DNA of 64,000 nucleotides from a virus, in the IMG/VR virus record IMGVR_UViG_3300027985_000627, positions 1 to 64,000 of that record, one strand, 5' to 3'. Below are positions 46,712 through 56,106 of the stretch, piece after piece. The first letter of the stretch is position 1, and the number at the start of each line of letters is the position of its first letter. The notes below the pieces were generated by a model. The model had not been told where the DNA came from, did not search any database, and saw only the letters and a program-made list of their open reading frames with translations. The position numbers were made by a program, and so were the translations under genes.

Positions 46712-47758
46712 ATGTTTAAAAAATTGACGCTCAAGAACTTTCAAAACCACACCAAATCAACTCTTCTGTTTCATCCTGGTGTAAATGTCATATCAGGTCC
46801 TTCTGACAACGGTAAATCCTCTATCATTCGAGCTTTGCGACTTGTGCTTGAAAATAAAGCGCAAGGTGATTCATACAGAAAGATTGGTACCGATAAAACT
46901 TCTGTAAAACTGGAATTAGACGGTCACACCATTGAGCGGATTCGATCCAAAAAAGAAAACGAGTACGTACTAGATGGACAATCCTTCAAAGCTGTGCGTT
47001 CATCTGTTCCAGATGAAATTTCTGGAATAATAAATTTATCTCCGTCAAGTCTTCAAAGTCAATTCGATCCGTACTTTCTCCTTTCTGATTCACCTGGTGA
47101 AGTTGCTAAGAAGCTAAATGAGCTTGCCGACATTTCCATAATCGACAAGTCCATCAAAGCTATCAACTCCAAAGTGGCTTCTGCCAAGTCAGAAATCAAG
47201 TTTACCCAGAAAGCTGTAGCCGACATTGAAGATGAATTACTAGCTTTCGATGGATTGAACGAGATTGAAAAGCTGGTAAACGAGATTACTGAGCTTCATG
47301 ATGATACACAAGAGCTTGTCAGAGACATAGCGGATTTACAAGGACAAGTCGATGCCGCTGACGTTTCAGAGAAAAGCATAGCAGAGATCGTTCTTTTTCT
47401 GAAACATGAAACGGAAGTCAATTCTGCCGAGAAGAAACTCGCTGAGGTGACCAATTTAAAGGCTGACATTGAAATGGTTTCTGGTTTCGTCGCTTACTCG
47501 GAACAGTTCAAATTCGACATCAATCGGTTCAACGAAATTTTGAAATTGGAACCTGAAGTAACCAAAGCCGATGAAATGTTCGACCTGTACGATTACAAAC
47601 TAACCGAACTCACACTGCTTCAGAAATCCATACTTATGACAGAAGAAATTACGGATCAACTATCTTTGTGTGATACAACGAATTTGGAAGATGAATTAAA
47701 GGAACTTTGGAAAGAAAACCCTGTTTGTCCTGTTTGTGAACAAAAGGTGAGAGTATGA
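46712..47758 (+). CDS. SbcC/Rad50 N-terminal half (Walker A, coiled coil, Zn hook)
   Basis: LKNFQNH, GPSDNGKSS, QSQFD, terminal CPVC; ATG 46712 after aggagg. Confidence 0.88.
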   Translation: MFKKLTLKNFQNHTKSTLLFHPGVNVISGPSDNGKSSIIRALRLVLENKAQGDSYRKIGTDKTSVKLELDGHTIERIRSKKENEYVLDGQSFKAVRSSVPDEISGIINLSPSSLQSQFDPYFLLSDSPGEVAKKLNELADISIIDKSIKAINSKVASAKSEIKFTQKAVADIEDELLAFDGLNEIEKLVNEITELHDDTQELVRDIADLQGQVDAADVSEKSIAEIVLFLKHETEVNSAEKKLAEVTNLKADIEMVSGFVAYSEQFKFDINRFNEILKLEPEVTKADEMFDLYDYKLTELTLLQKSILMTEEITDQLSLCDTTNLEDELKELWKENPVCPVCEQKVRV

Positions 47759-48681
47759 AATTCCTTTGCACAGGTGACTGGCACATCAGGAAAAACAACC
47801 CTGTAAACCGAACGGACGTTTATTATGATGGTTTATTTAGCAAGCTCCGATTCATCTACGACCTCGCACTTGACACCATTGACTGCTGGGGAATACTGCA
47901 ACCAGGAGACTTCTTCGACCGACATGACCTGCCCTACGGAGTTGTGGAGAGGACGATCCGTCATCATTCAGATACAGAACGAATCACACCTGTCAAACTC
48001 GCAGCCTGCTTCGGTCAACATGACCAGCGTTTCCACACCTCGGATAAAACAAACACACCACTTGGTGTGTTTATGGCAGGAACAACAAGCTCTTTCATCC
48101 TTGAAAAAGAGCCGTTGGAGATTCCTAGATTTGAAGAATCGCCGATTCATATCTACGGGTCTTCATGGGGAGAAGATATTCCCGAAATCCAAGATTCGAG
48201 CGCATTTAACATCCTGGTCACGCACCGGATGGTCACGAAGAACGGCCCGCTTTGGTCCGAACAAGAGCATTACGAAGAAGCGGACATACTGCTTAAAAAA
48301 CTCGATTTCAACCTCATAGTATGCGGAGACAACCACAATGGATTCGTACATCGTTATCGTTCTCGGTATCTCATTAATTGTGGTTCTCTTATGCGCAGCA
48401 CACTTGACCAAATGGATCATCGTCCATTTGTTGTCTTATTTGATACAGAAACGAAAAAACCAGAAACCGTCTATATTCCCGTAATACCTATCCATGAAGT
48501 CATGAACATGGAAAAAGTCGAAAAAGAGAAAGAAAAAAATGAGCAAATGGATTTGTTCATATCCAAATTGAAAATGAGTAATGATCGGAGTTTAGACTTC
48601 AAATCCAATTTGCAAAATTTCTTGGATGAAAACAAAATTTCACCTTCTGTTAAACAGATCATTTCGGAGGTCATGTCATGA
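47755..48681 (+). CDS. SbcD/Mre11-like metallophosphoesterase nuclease
   Basis: GDWH, GDFFD, GQHD, GDNH, NCGSLMR. Confidence 0.9.
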   Translation: MKFLCTGDWHIRKNNPVNRTDVYYDGLFSKLRFIYDLALDTIDCWGILQPGDFFDRHDLPYGVVERTIRHHSDTERITPVKLAACFGQHDQRFHTSDKTNTPLGVFMAGTTSSFILEKEPLEIPRFEESPIHIYGSSWGEDIPEIQDSSAFNILVTHRMVTKNGPLWSEQEHYEEADILLKKLDFNLIVCGDNHNGFVHRYRSRYLINCGSLMRSTLDQMDHRPFVVLFDTETKKPETVYIPVIPIHEVMNMEKVEKEKEKNEQMDLFISKLKMSNDRSLDFKSNLQNFLDENKISPSVKQIISEVMS

Positions 48682-48917
48682 AAGATGCTGCAAAAAGAAT
48701 TTCAGCTTTGAAAGATAAAATCGAAGAAGCAAAAAACAAGAAGGCTAGGCTAGAAGGACGACTTGAATCAGCGATGTCTGATTTGAAAAAAGAATTTGGA
48801 ATAAAATCCTTGAAAGAAGCCAAAGTTACTTTGGAAAAGTGGAGAAAAGACTTAGGCATTCAAGAAAAAGAACTTGAAGAAAAACTGGATGAAATAGAGG
48901 AGAAATTCGGATGGTAA
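48678..48917 (+). CDS. Small coiled-coil protein
   Basis: 79-aa heptad-rich ORF coupled to neighbours. Confidence 0.7.
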   Translation: MKDAAKRISALKDKIEEAKNKKARLEGRLESAMSDLKKEFGIKSLKEAKVTLEKWRKDLGIQEKELEEKLDEIEEKFGW

Positions 48918-49513
48918 AAGATCGGATAGCAGAACTCAAAAAGACTCTAGCTAGTGCGAAAGCTACGGTTAAAGTTCTCAAAGACAAAAAGAAAGCTACG
49001 CTGAAAAAGATTTCCGACTTAGAAAATACTCTCAGTGACACGGAGAAAGCAAGAGAAATCATTTTGCTTGTTGGTCGTGACACACAGCAAATGTTAGAAA
49101 TAAAAGTCAGTGGTTTGGTTACGCTTGCTTTGGAAGCTGTCTTTCCTGATCCATATGAGTTTAAAGTAGTGTTTGAAGAACGCAGAAATTCCACTGAAGC
49201 CGATTTATTCTTTTGCAAGAACGACGATTTGTTCAAACCTCTGGATTCTTCTGGAGGAGGAGCTATCGACATTGCTTCATTTGCTCTACGTGTGTCTGAT
49301 TGGAAGCTACGTGGAACGAGAAACGTTTTGATTATGGACGAACCGTTTCGAAATCTTAGCGCCGATTTGCAACCCAAAGCCAGTGAAATGCTTCATCGGA
49401 TAAGTTCTGACCTTGGGTTGCAAATTATTATGGTTTCGCATCAAGAGGGTGTTAATGAGGAATGTGATCGGCTGTTCTCTGTTAAGAACGGGGAAACTAC
49501 TCAGGTTTGGTAA
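48911..49513 (+). CDS. SbcC/Rad50 C-terminal half (signature, Walker B, H-loop)
   Basis: SSGGG, LIMDEPF, MVSH. Confidence 0.88.
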   Translation: MVKDRIAELKKTLASAKATVKVLKDKKKATLKKISDLENTLSDTEKAREIILLVGRDTQQMLEIKVSGLVTLALEAVFPDPYEFKVVFEERRNSTEADLFFCKNDDLFKPLDSSGGGAIDIASFALRVSDWKLRGTRNVLIMDEPFRNLSADLQPKASEMLHRISSDLGLQIIMVSHQEGVNEECDRLFSVKNGETTQVW

Positions 49514-50020
49514 TTACTTAGGGACAGCTTTGTAAGCTGCTTCGAGGACTTTAAGAAGACCATTGGTGTTATGGTATAAATAAAGGAAATAAAGAAAAGA
49601 CGGTACGCATATAACAGAAATGAACCACAAAATCTTTTTAACGGTTTTAAGATCATCTCCAAGTTTTTTAACGTCACCAAAAGCAGCAAGTTTCGCATCA
49701 AGAGCTTCAATGGCTTCCGTCAAAACAGTTTTAGCATTATCCTCATCCGCTTCCATCGTTGTAGCATGTCTACCAGAGCATGTTTCATCATGTTCTTCAA
49801 TCGTTTTCAAAAACTCTTCCCGCATATTACCAACTGAATCTCGGACAAAATCTTTTAAAGATTGCCGAGTGGGCTCCGCTTTAGCCAAATCTGCAATACG
49901 ATCAACTTGAACTGCCATACTCGAAACGTTATCTTGAACACCCTTCATGCCGTCTAAAACTTGCACAAGCATGGATTTGAACATATCGAGAAGGATTTTT
50001 ACGAATTCATTCTCTCCCAT
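49514..50020 (-). CDS. Coiled-coil protein with C-terminal TM helix
   Basis: ATG 50020 after aggagg; ILWFISVICVPSFLYFLYLY. Confidence 0.7.
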   Translation of the reverse strand: MGENEFVKILLDMFKSMLVQVLDGMKGVQDNVSSMAVQVDRIADLAKAEPTRQSLKDFVRDSVGNMREEFLKTIEEHDETCSGRHATTMEADEDNAKTVLTEAIEALDAKLAAFGDVKKLGDDLKTVKKILWFISVICVPSFLYFLYLYHNTNGLLKVLEAAYKAVPK

Positions 50021-51011
50021 CTCGTAAAGCCTCCTGAATATCATTCCAGTTTTTTAAAACGCTGTTAGAAGTGCCTTCATTGGCTTTTTTAGCTGCTATC
50101 ATTTCTTCGGCTTCATCTATGGTTTTTTCCAAAGCCGCAATTTTTGTCTTTGCGTAGTCTTCCGATATCTTAATTTCTTTTTTAACGTTTGACAAGAATT
50201 TCTTCATGGAGTCAGCAACATCCATGAACTGGTGGTAAAATTGCGTCTTGTCTTCACCAACACTTTGAATTTCGAGAAGGTCTCCGTTGTCATCGAATAG
50301 CCCAACTTTTCTCCAAGCTACCCAGTATTTGTTACGATGACGAAATTCCGATCCATAAACCCAAGGTGTTTTGGGTGTCAACTTGTTTATATTTTTCCTG
50401 GCTAATTCGCGATACTCAGGGTCAATGAAATCAAACATATTTAAACCAACAAGGTTTTCGTATGTTGTGTCGAACGCATCGCATATGGTCTTGTTGACAA
50501 AGGTGATCGTTCCATCAGGCTTGTGTCTGCAAATCCATTCAGGTGAAATGTTGACTACAGATTCGTACAAGTTTTTGGCTTTACGAAGCTCATTGTTCAT
50601 TTCAGTGAGGGTAGATAAGGTCTGTTCTAATTCTACCTGATTTTTGCACCTAACAATGGCTGATTTAATGTTGTGCGCCAATGATTTAAATTCCCAAGTT
50701 TTCTTAAAAAAATTATCAGCTCCTTCTTCTACAGCTTGCAGACCAATTTCTTCTTCATCCTCTCCAGAAAGAATTATAACAGGAGTATGCGGACAGACCG
50801 ATTTGATTATATGAAGAGTTTCTATTCCTCGGGAATCAGGAAGATTCAGGTCCAAAAGAACCGCATCAAAGCAACCTTCGCATAAAAGAACTTCTGCCCT
50901 GTGGATACTTTCCACAGGTGTAACGGAAAAGTCAGAAGACTTTTCTAAAATCCTTTTGATAACAGTCTGAAAACAAGTGTCATCTTCAACGTGTAAAATA
51001 GTGTAACACAT
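50007..51011 (-). CDS. Response-regulator receiver + PAS domain protein without a recognisable output domain
   Basis: HVEDD, AVLLDLNLPDSRG, IILSG, GADNFFKK; PAS: ICRHKPDGTITFVN...FIDPEY...EIQSVGEDKT. Confidence 0.88.
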   Translation of the reverse strand: MCYTILHVEDDTCFQTVIKRILEKSSDFSVTPVESIHRAEVLLCEGCFDAVLLDLNLPDSRGIETLHIIKSVCPHTPVIILSGEDEEEIGLQAVEEGADNFFKKTWEFKSLAHNIKSAIVRCKNQVELEQTLSTLTEMNNELRKAKNLYESVVNISPEWICRHKPDGTITFVNKTICDAFDTTYENLVGLNMFDFIDPEYRELARKNINKLTPKTPWVYGSEFRHRNKYWVAWRKVGLFDDNGDLLEIQSVGEDKTQFYHQFMDVADSMKKFLSNVKKEIKISEDYAKTKIAALEKTIDEAEEMIAAKKANEGTSNSVLKNWNDIQEALRDGRE

Positions 51012-51042
51012 GGTACCTCACAATTCAGACTGTGTAAAAACT

Positions 51043-51387
51043 TTATTCGGAAGAATCAACTAGTGCCGATCCCTTTGAAAATAATTTCCTAGCTATTTCC
51101 GATTGCTCATCGTAGCATTTCTTTGCTTTCTTCCAAAGTTCACTTGTGGCTTTTATAACTTTGTGGTTGTAACCTAAAGCCCAAAGGTTGTCAGGGTGTG
51201 AAATGTATAGTTCTCGATTTATTTTCAAAAGTTCAATTTCTGGAATATCCGGACATTTACTGTAGCTGTACGTTTTCTTCAGTTGCAGGAATTGCGTGAG
51301 TTCTGGATTTGGTTTCGGACTGCATGACATCACCATTGTACCAATCAATCCAATTAGCAGAAGTTTCTTTATCAACGCCGCCTTCAT
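51043..51387 (-). CDS. Outer-membrane spanin (o-spanin, lipoprotein)
   Basis: Lipobox VMSC after hydrophobic leader; overlaps the 3' end of the i-spanin in another frame. Confidence 0.7.
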   Translation of the reverse strand: MKAALIKKLLLIGLIGTMVMSCSPKPNPELTQFLQLKKTYSYSKCPDIPEIELLKINRELYISHPDNLWALGYNHKVIKATSELWKKAKKCYDEQSEIARKLFSKGSALVDSSE

Positions 51388-51808
51388 TTTTAACTCCTTC
51401 AAGGTTTATGCATTCACGTTTTCTAAGAACCCACTGAAGATCATTCAAATCCTTAAGAAGAGCCGTATAGTTCTTCTGCATTTCTTCAAAAGACGTACTC
51501 AACATCGTATTTTTCATTTCAAGATCGGAAATCGTCTTGTCCTGCTCATCCAAAGCTTGTTTGTATTGTATCTCATTTGCTTTGTATCGTTCGATATTCT
51601 TTTCCAAGAAATTTATTTTATCCATAAGATCATTTTTTGTTTTTTCATGAAGGTACTTTTCGGCTGACAAAGATGATTCCAAACTAGTAACTTTGTACAT
51701 GTGCCAACTAAAAAGACCAATAAGAGAAAGAAACAAAACAACGATCAAACCGAAAGAAATTTTCGAACCTAAATCACCAGAGATGAATCCAAGTATACTT
51801 GATAACAT
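51257..51808 (-). CDS. Inner-membrane spanin (i-spanin)
   Basis: N-terminal TM followed by long coiled coil; in lysis cassette. Confidence 0.7.
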   Translation of the reverse strand: MLSSILGFISGDLGSKISFGLIVVLFLSLIGLFSWHMYKVTSLESSLSAEKYLHEKTKNDLMDKINFLEKNIERYKANEIQYKQALDEQDKTISDLEMKNTMLSTSFEEMQKNYTALLKDLNDLQWVLRKRECINLEGVKNEGGVDKETSANWIDWYNGDVMQSETKSRTHAIPATEENVQLQ

Positions 51809-51809
51809 T

Positions 51810-52136
51810 TTATTCTCCAGATTGCTCGTCTTTTGGTTTTTTATCACCACCAAACAATGGGGCTTTTTTCAAAATGTTGTACGTTATGGCTGAAGTATAA
51901 CCAAGCTCTACAAATCTAGCAAAATACTGGTTTGGTTCTTTAAAAGCAAATGTCAAACCTAAACCAATGAAAAACCAAAAAGACAACCTGCCTAAAGAAA
52001 CACCACCTTTTTCACAAAAAAGTGGAGTTAGATCGTACTCACTTTTCCAGATGTACGTCACTACGAGAGCGTAGGTCACGTAGATCAGTATGGGTCCTGA
52101 ATTAGTCAAGATAAAAAATATGATCGGCTTTAGCAT
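51810..52136 (-). CDS. Putative holin
   Basis: 108 aa, 2-3 TM segments, charged C-terminus, between endolysin and spanins. Confidence 0.6.
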   Translation of the reverse strand: MLKPIIFFILTNSGPILIYVTYALVVTYIWKSEYDLTPLFCEKGGVSLGRLSFWFFIGLGLTFAFKEPNQYFARFVELGYTSAITYNILKKAPLFGGDKKPKDEQSGE

Positions 52137-52272
52137 ATTTCAAATCTTCATTGGTTTGAACAAACTTGCTACAATAGGAACCATTCTTGTGGTTGCTACA
52201 AAACTCTTTGTGGTTGTACCAAAAACATCGAGAGCAAAGATCATCTAGGATTTCTATTTTGTCGGATTCCAT
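52102..52272 (-). CDS. Small Cys-rich protein (56 aa)
   Basis: MESDKIEILDDLCSRCFWYNHKEFC...YCSKF; ATG abuts the endolysin stop. Confidence 0.45.
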   Translation of the reverse strand: MESDKIEILDDLCSRCFWYNHKEFCSNHKNGSYCSKFVQTNEDLKYAKADHIFYLD

Positions 52273-53004
52273 TTACGGTCTCCCGAAAACCTCAAATAAG
52301 GCTTTCCAAGTTGCTGAACCAACGATACCATCAGGGACTAAATCATGGTCCATCTGAAAAATTACGACCTGGTTGTAAGTGATCTGTCCGAAAACACCGT
52401 CTGCTTTCAATCCAAATACAGTTTGTAGCCAAGAAACATCCTGGCCACGAATCGCTTTTCTGATAATACGAGAACCAGGAGCATACGGCATAGCGACCTG
52501 TTGTTTTTCAATGGACTTGAAATCTTCGATTCTGTTATTCACCGGAACACTGTACGCAGTGTGTTCGTGGCCAATACCAAGTTCCCCTCGATAGTCGAAA
52601 ACTGGACAAGCTTTGGCAGAAACTTCACAATGACCATGCCAGGTTAAAGTCCCAGGTCCAAAAGCGTTTTCAATACCTTTAACCAGGGTATGTAGCGTCT
52701 CAAACTGCATAGCGTTAAATTGTTCAACGTAAAGACCGTCTAAGCACATGGCGATGGTCCTTGAGTTATTACCAGCCTGTGCTACAGGGTTCTCTTCGAT
52801 GTTTCTTCCCTTCAAAAGTGTGCCTTGACAGTCAATGAGAAAATGGTATCCTATGTTATGTCCGTTCTTATCAGCCGAAAATTCTCTTTTCTTATGCCAA
52901 TCATTGACAGCCACAAGAAGGTTATCACCTACAAGGTCTTGACGAGGGTATGCAGTACAATGTATGAAAACCCGTTCTATCCGTCTGGCAGGTTTGTCAA
53001 ACAT
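52273..53004 (-). CDS. Endolysin: N-acetylmuramoyl-L-alanine amidase (Amidase_2) + PG-binding domain
   Basis: FIHCTA, IGYHF, GHCEVSAKACP; DGVFG...FQ...LVPDGIVGSATW. Confidence 0.9.
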   Translation of the reverse strand: MFDKPARRIERVFIHCTAYPRQDLVGDNLLVAVNDWHKKREFSADKNGHNIGYHFLIDCQGTLLKGRNIEENPVAQAGNNSRTIAMCLDGLYVEQFNAMQFETLHTLVKGIENAFGPGTLTWHGHCEVSAKACPVFDYRGELGIGHEHTAYSVPVNNRIEDFKSIEKQQVAMPYAPGSRIIRKAIRGQDVSWLQTVFGLKADGVFGQITYNQVVIFQMDHDLVPDGIVGSATWKALFEVFGRP

Positions 53005-53012
53005 ACGATCTC

Positions 53013-53978
53013 CTATTTCCCCAATTTGTAAGTTGACCAGAAAATATCTGGATATCGGAATAAAGTAGTTTCCGTAGTGGCACAATCAGGCGACCACGAT
53101 TTCCACTCATCCATATTGTAAAACAATCCGGCAGTTCTGAAAAGACTTCCAGCCCAATTGTTAGAAGTTGGAATATGGAAATCGCTACCAGCAGACCATA
53201 TGCGCTGTTGCAACCATCCTAGTGGGCCCCACAGCTTTTTATAAGGAAACCTCTTAGGCCAGTTTTGATCCTTGCAATAGTACCAATATTTTCGTATTAC
53301 CGGGTAGAGTTTTTCAGCCAGTATCTCGTGCATCATTGCCGCTCTAAGTGTTGGCGTAATGTAAAAACTCATGTACGACATACAGTAGTTATTCCTATAA
53401 GCCTCAGTCCATAAATCACCTTCTTCAACAAACCAGAACCTCTTTGTTGAATTCTGAAGATGAGTCACGAACCCGTCACCCTCAGTGGTTAGATTGGCTA
53501 GCATACCGAGATAAGCGTAGACCATCATACGTCCAAGTCTTCCCCATGCTCCCCAATTACCTCTGGAACCCCAATTTCTAGCATTTATGATAGCATCACA
53601 AGCGGGTAGGTACGTGTTCACGGCCCAAACCGACACATCACATCCGCACATGGCGGCAGCTTCAAATATGCGCTGACCTTTGTAAACCAAAGTTAAAGCA
53701 CCCTCTAAATTACCGTAACCAGTATTAGAACTACACCAAGAACTAATAGCCTGATTAGCACGACCAGTATATCCAAGACCAAGCACTTCAGCTTGTGCAT
53801 ATACAAGTGGAGCGGCCGTTCCATTTTCTAGTGGTAATTTTTCTTGTGTAGATACTTCAGTATTATCGTAATTTGGAGTAATTGTAACAACTCCCATTTG
53901 ACTCCAATGACCATTTACAGAGTATTCCATCTCGTAGTTCGAAAGAAATAAATTTAAGGAATCTAGTTGATTTTTCAC
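53013..53978 (-). CDS. Alginate-lyase-like (alpha/alpha toroid) protein
   Basis: GNWGAWG, GDLWTEAYR, SYMSF helical pattern; fold assignment is inference. Confidence 0.5.
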   Translation of the reverse strand: MKNQLDSLNLFLSNYEMEYSVNGHWSQMGVVTITPNYDNTEVSTQEKLPLENGTAAPLVYAQAEVLGLGYTGRANQAISSWCSSNTGYGNLEGALTLVYKGQRIFEAAAMCGCDVSVWAVNTYLPACDAIINARNWGSRGNWGAWGRLGRMMVYAYLGMLANLTTEGDGFVTHLQNSTKRFWFVEEGDLWTEAYRNNYCMSYMSFYITPTLRAAMMHEILAEKLYPVIRKYWYYCKDQNWPKRFPYKKLWGPLGWLQQRIWSAGSDFHIPTSNNWAGSLFRTAGLFYNMDEWKSWSPDCATTETTLFRYPDIFWSTYKLGK

Positions 53979-54307
53979 TATGAAATCTCCGAAAGTTCTG
54001 ACCGCAACGCAACTGCTTGCGCGTCCAGATCAACGAGCTTATCCGTGTCCGCCGTCGTAGCCGTCCCGGCGGACACAGCCCGTAAAGAACGGATAGACGC
54101 CGTGTCGATGGCCTCTAACTCGGCCAGGATTTCCGATTTTCGAACGGAGTTGATTGATTTTTGTGCAAAGGAAGTATCTGCCTCTACTTCCTCCCGAGTC
54201 AGAATCGTTTGAACAGAAAGCAGCCCATCAGCCAGTCCAACTGCTACCGCATCCTCAAGAAAGCCAACAATGCTTTTATCCTCTTTCCGTATAATGACTG
54301 TATTCAT
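53978..54307 (-). CDS. Tail fibre assembly/chaperone-like protein
   Basis: EILAELEAIDTASIRSLR...ALRSEL; directly after fibre genes. Confidence 0.6.
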   Translation of the reverse strand: MNTVIIRKEDKSIVGFLEDAVAVGLADGLLSVQTILTREEVEADTSFAQKSINSVRKSEILAELEAIDTASIRSLRAVSAGTATTADTDKLVDLDAQAVALRSELSEIS

Positions 54308-54308
54308 T

Positions 54309-55205
54309 TTATGCTCCTGTCACAGTGCCGGTGCTGATTTTAATGGTTCCGTTGTTGAGAATAGCCATACTTCCAGAGGATATGCTATAAGCGGAAGTAG
54401 CCCCAGCAAGGTCCGCCTGCTCAACTGCTATTTTTGACCCGTACATCAAACTCACACCATAAGTAGGAGGGTACGTCGTATGGCAAGCGTTTCCGTTTCT
54501 GATAATATTTCTAGCGTTTGAGAGTGCTATAGCAGCACTCCCGTAGGTAAAAAAGTTAAGTTCATGCCGTCCCGAACTTGCTATCAAGTACAAAAGGATG
54601 CTGGTGTACCCAGAAGTAGTAAAAGCGCAAGCGGTGAACGAGATATTAGGGCAGTTGTCAGCGTACACCGTATGATACGAACCGCCAGTGTGGTAGAACC
54701 GAATGTAGGAAACTGCTATTGTGGCTTTGCACCTGTTAAATCGAATTACAGGGTACGAATTGTTAGATGAAGCAAGGTTTACTGCTTTTGAAGAAGAAGC
54801 CGTGTTGTCGGAAGATTTTCCTAGGACATTTATTGAGCCGCCGTGAAAACAAGAGATATAAAGCTGTCCACCAAAAGAATAGTTTCCGTCCGCGAACTGA
54901 ATGGTCAATGTAAAACCGTTAAGATTTTTAGGTACAGCGTCTATCAGAGCTTGCATCTCCGCAAGAGTCATGGTGTTGTCGAGGGTTACAGTGACGCTAG
55001 CTTCAAGCGCAGCGTTTTGCACCTCAACGACAGCCAAACCGAAAGCGTTTGCCGCAGCAATGAAAGCATTAAGCTCGGTTCGCAGAGTCGGAAGCGCTCC
55101 TAAAAAAAGGTCAGCATTGTAATCAAATTTTGAGGCCGAGGATGTACTAGGAGGAGTAGGTATCTCGCTGATAGTAATGCCGATAGATTCAACTGATTCG
55201 CTCAT
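54309..55205 (-). CDS. Tail fibre/spike protein (beta-helix), paralog B
   Basis: PTPPS...FDYNADLF N-terminal anchor; AVPKNLNGFTLTIQFADGNYSF; beta-rich. Confidence 0.7.
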   Translation of the reverse strand: MSESVESIGITISEIPTPPSTSSASKFDYNADLFLGALPTLRTELNAFIAAANAFGLAVVEVQNAALEASVTVTLDNTMTLAEMQALIDAVPKNLNGFTLTIQFADGNYSFGGQLYISCFHGGSINVLGKSSDNTASSSKAVNLASSNNSYPVIRFNRCKATIAVSYIRFYHTGGSYHTVYADNCPNISFTACAFTTSGYTSILLYLIASSGRHELNFFTYGSAAIALSNARNIIRNGNACHTTYPPTYGVSLMYGSKIAVEQADLAGATSAYSISSGSMAILNNGTIKISTGTVTGA

Positions 55206-55206
55206 T

Positions 55207-56106
55207 TTAGGCTCCTATAACTTCACCGGAATATATTTTAATAGCACCTTTACTTAAAAAAACTATACTTCCAGGGGATAGTACATAATCAGCAGTGCCT
55301 CCATATAGGCCCAACTGCAACATCGAGACTTCTGCTCCATAAATAAGACCAATCCCGTAAGAAGGCGGGGTAATGCTGTATGTCTCGTTGCCAGATTCAA
55401 GAACACACGTTGAGTTTCCCACATAAAGGCCATAGGAACCCTTTGCGAAGTAGTTATTTGTGAGTCGCCCAGTTTTACTGTCTGATATATACAAATTGGG
55501 ATGGGTGTAGGCCGTATGCACAAATGAACAACAATCAAAGGTTATATCGCTACAAGAATAAACGTACACATTAGTAGCCGCACCCCCAGAATGTGTGAAG
55601 CTCAGGGAGCGCACTATAACTGTTGCAAAACAATGGCTGAACCTAATGGTGTTGTCAGAGTTGTACGATGAACTCAGCATAACGGCTTTAGATGCGAACG
55701 TATAATTGTCTGATACGTCACCCTGGACGATCACGGTGCCGCCGTGGAACCCAAAGAATAAGAGCTTCCCGTCCGTAAAAGAATATGTTCCGCTTGCAAA
55801 TTGAAATGTAACAGTATGCCCATTAAGATTTTTTGGAACGGCATTAATTGCCGATTGTATTTGGGAACGTGTCATTGACGGCGTAATGTTTACAGTTGTA
55901 TCCGTTGTGAGAACAAAATCAGGATCAGGGGAAATCATCGAACCGAAAGAATTCATGCTAGATATAAAGTCATTCACTTCTTCGGCTAATTGAGGAAATA
56001 AATTGAAAAACGAATCGGCTTGAGAATTAAAATAGTATGGGTCAGAAGAAGATGGAGCAGTAGGAAAATTACCGCATCCAATAAGATTAAGGGCTGCACT
56101 GGACAT
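55207..56106 (-). CDS. Tail fibre/spike protein (beta-helix), paralog A
   Basis: PTAPS...FNSQADSF; AVPKNLNGHTVTFQFASGTYSF. Confidence 0.7.
   Translation of the reverse strand: MSSAALNLIGCGNFPTAPSSSDPYYFNSQADSFFNLFPQLAEEVNDFISSMNSFGSMISPDPDFVLTTDTTVNITPSMTRSQIQSAINAVPKNLNGHTVTFQFASGTYSFTDGKLLFFGFHGGTVIVQGDVSDNYTFASKAVMLSSSYNSDNTIRFSHCFATVIVRSLSFTHSGGAATNVYVYSCSDITFDCCSFVHTAYTHPNLYISDSKTGRLTNNYFAKGSYGLYVGNSTCVLESGNETYSITPPSYGIGLIYGAEVSMLQLGLYGGTADYVLSPGSIVFLSKGAIKIYSGEVIGA

Noticed and set aside
54309-56106. Diversity-generating retroelement acting on the paralogous fibre genes
   Set aside because: No reverse transcriptase in the window, and divergence is spread across the genes rather than adenine-specific
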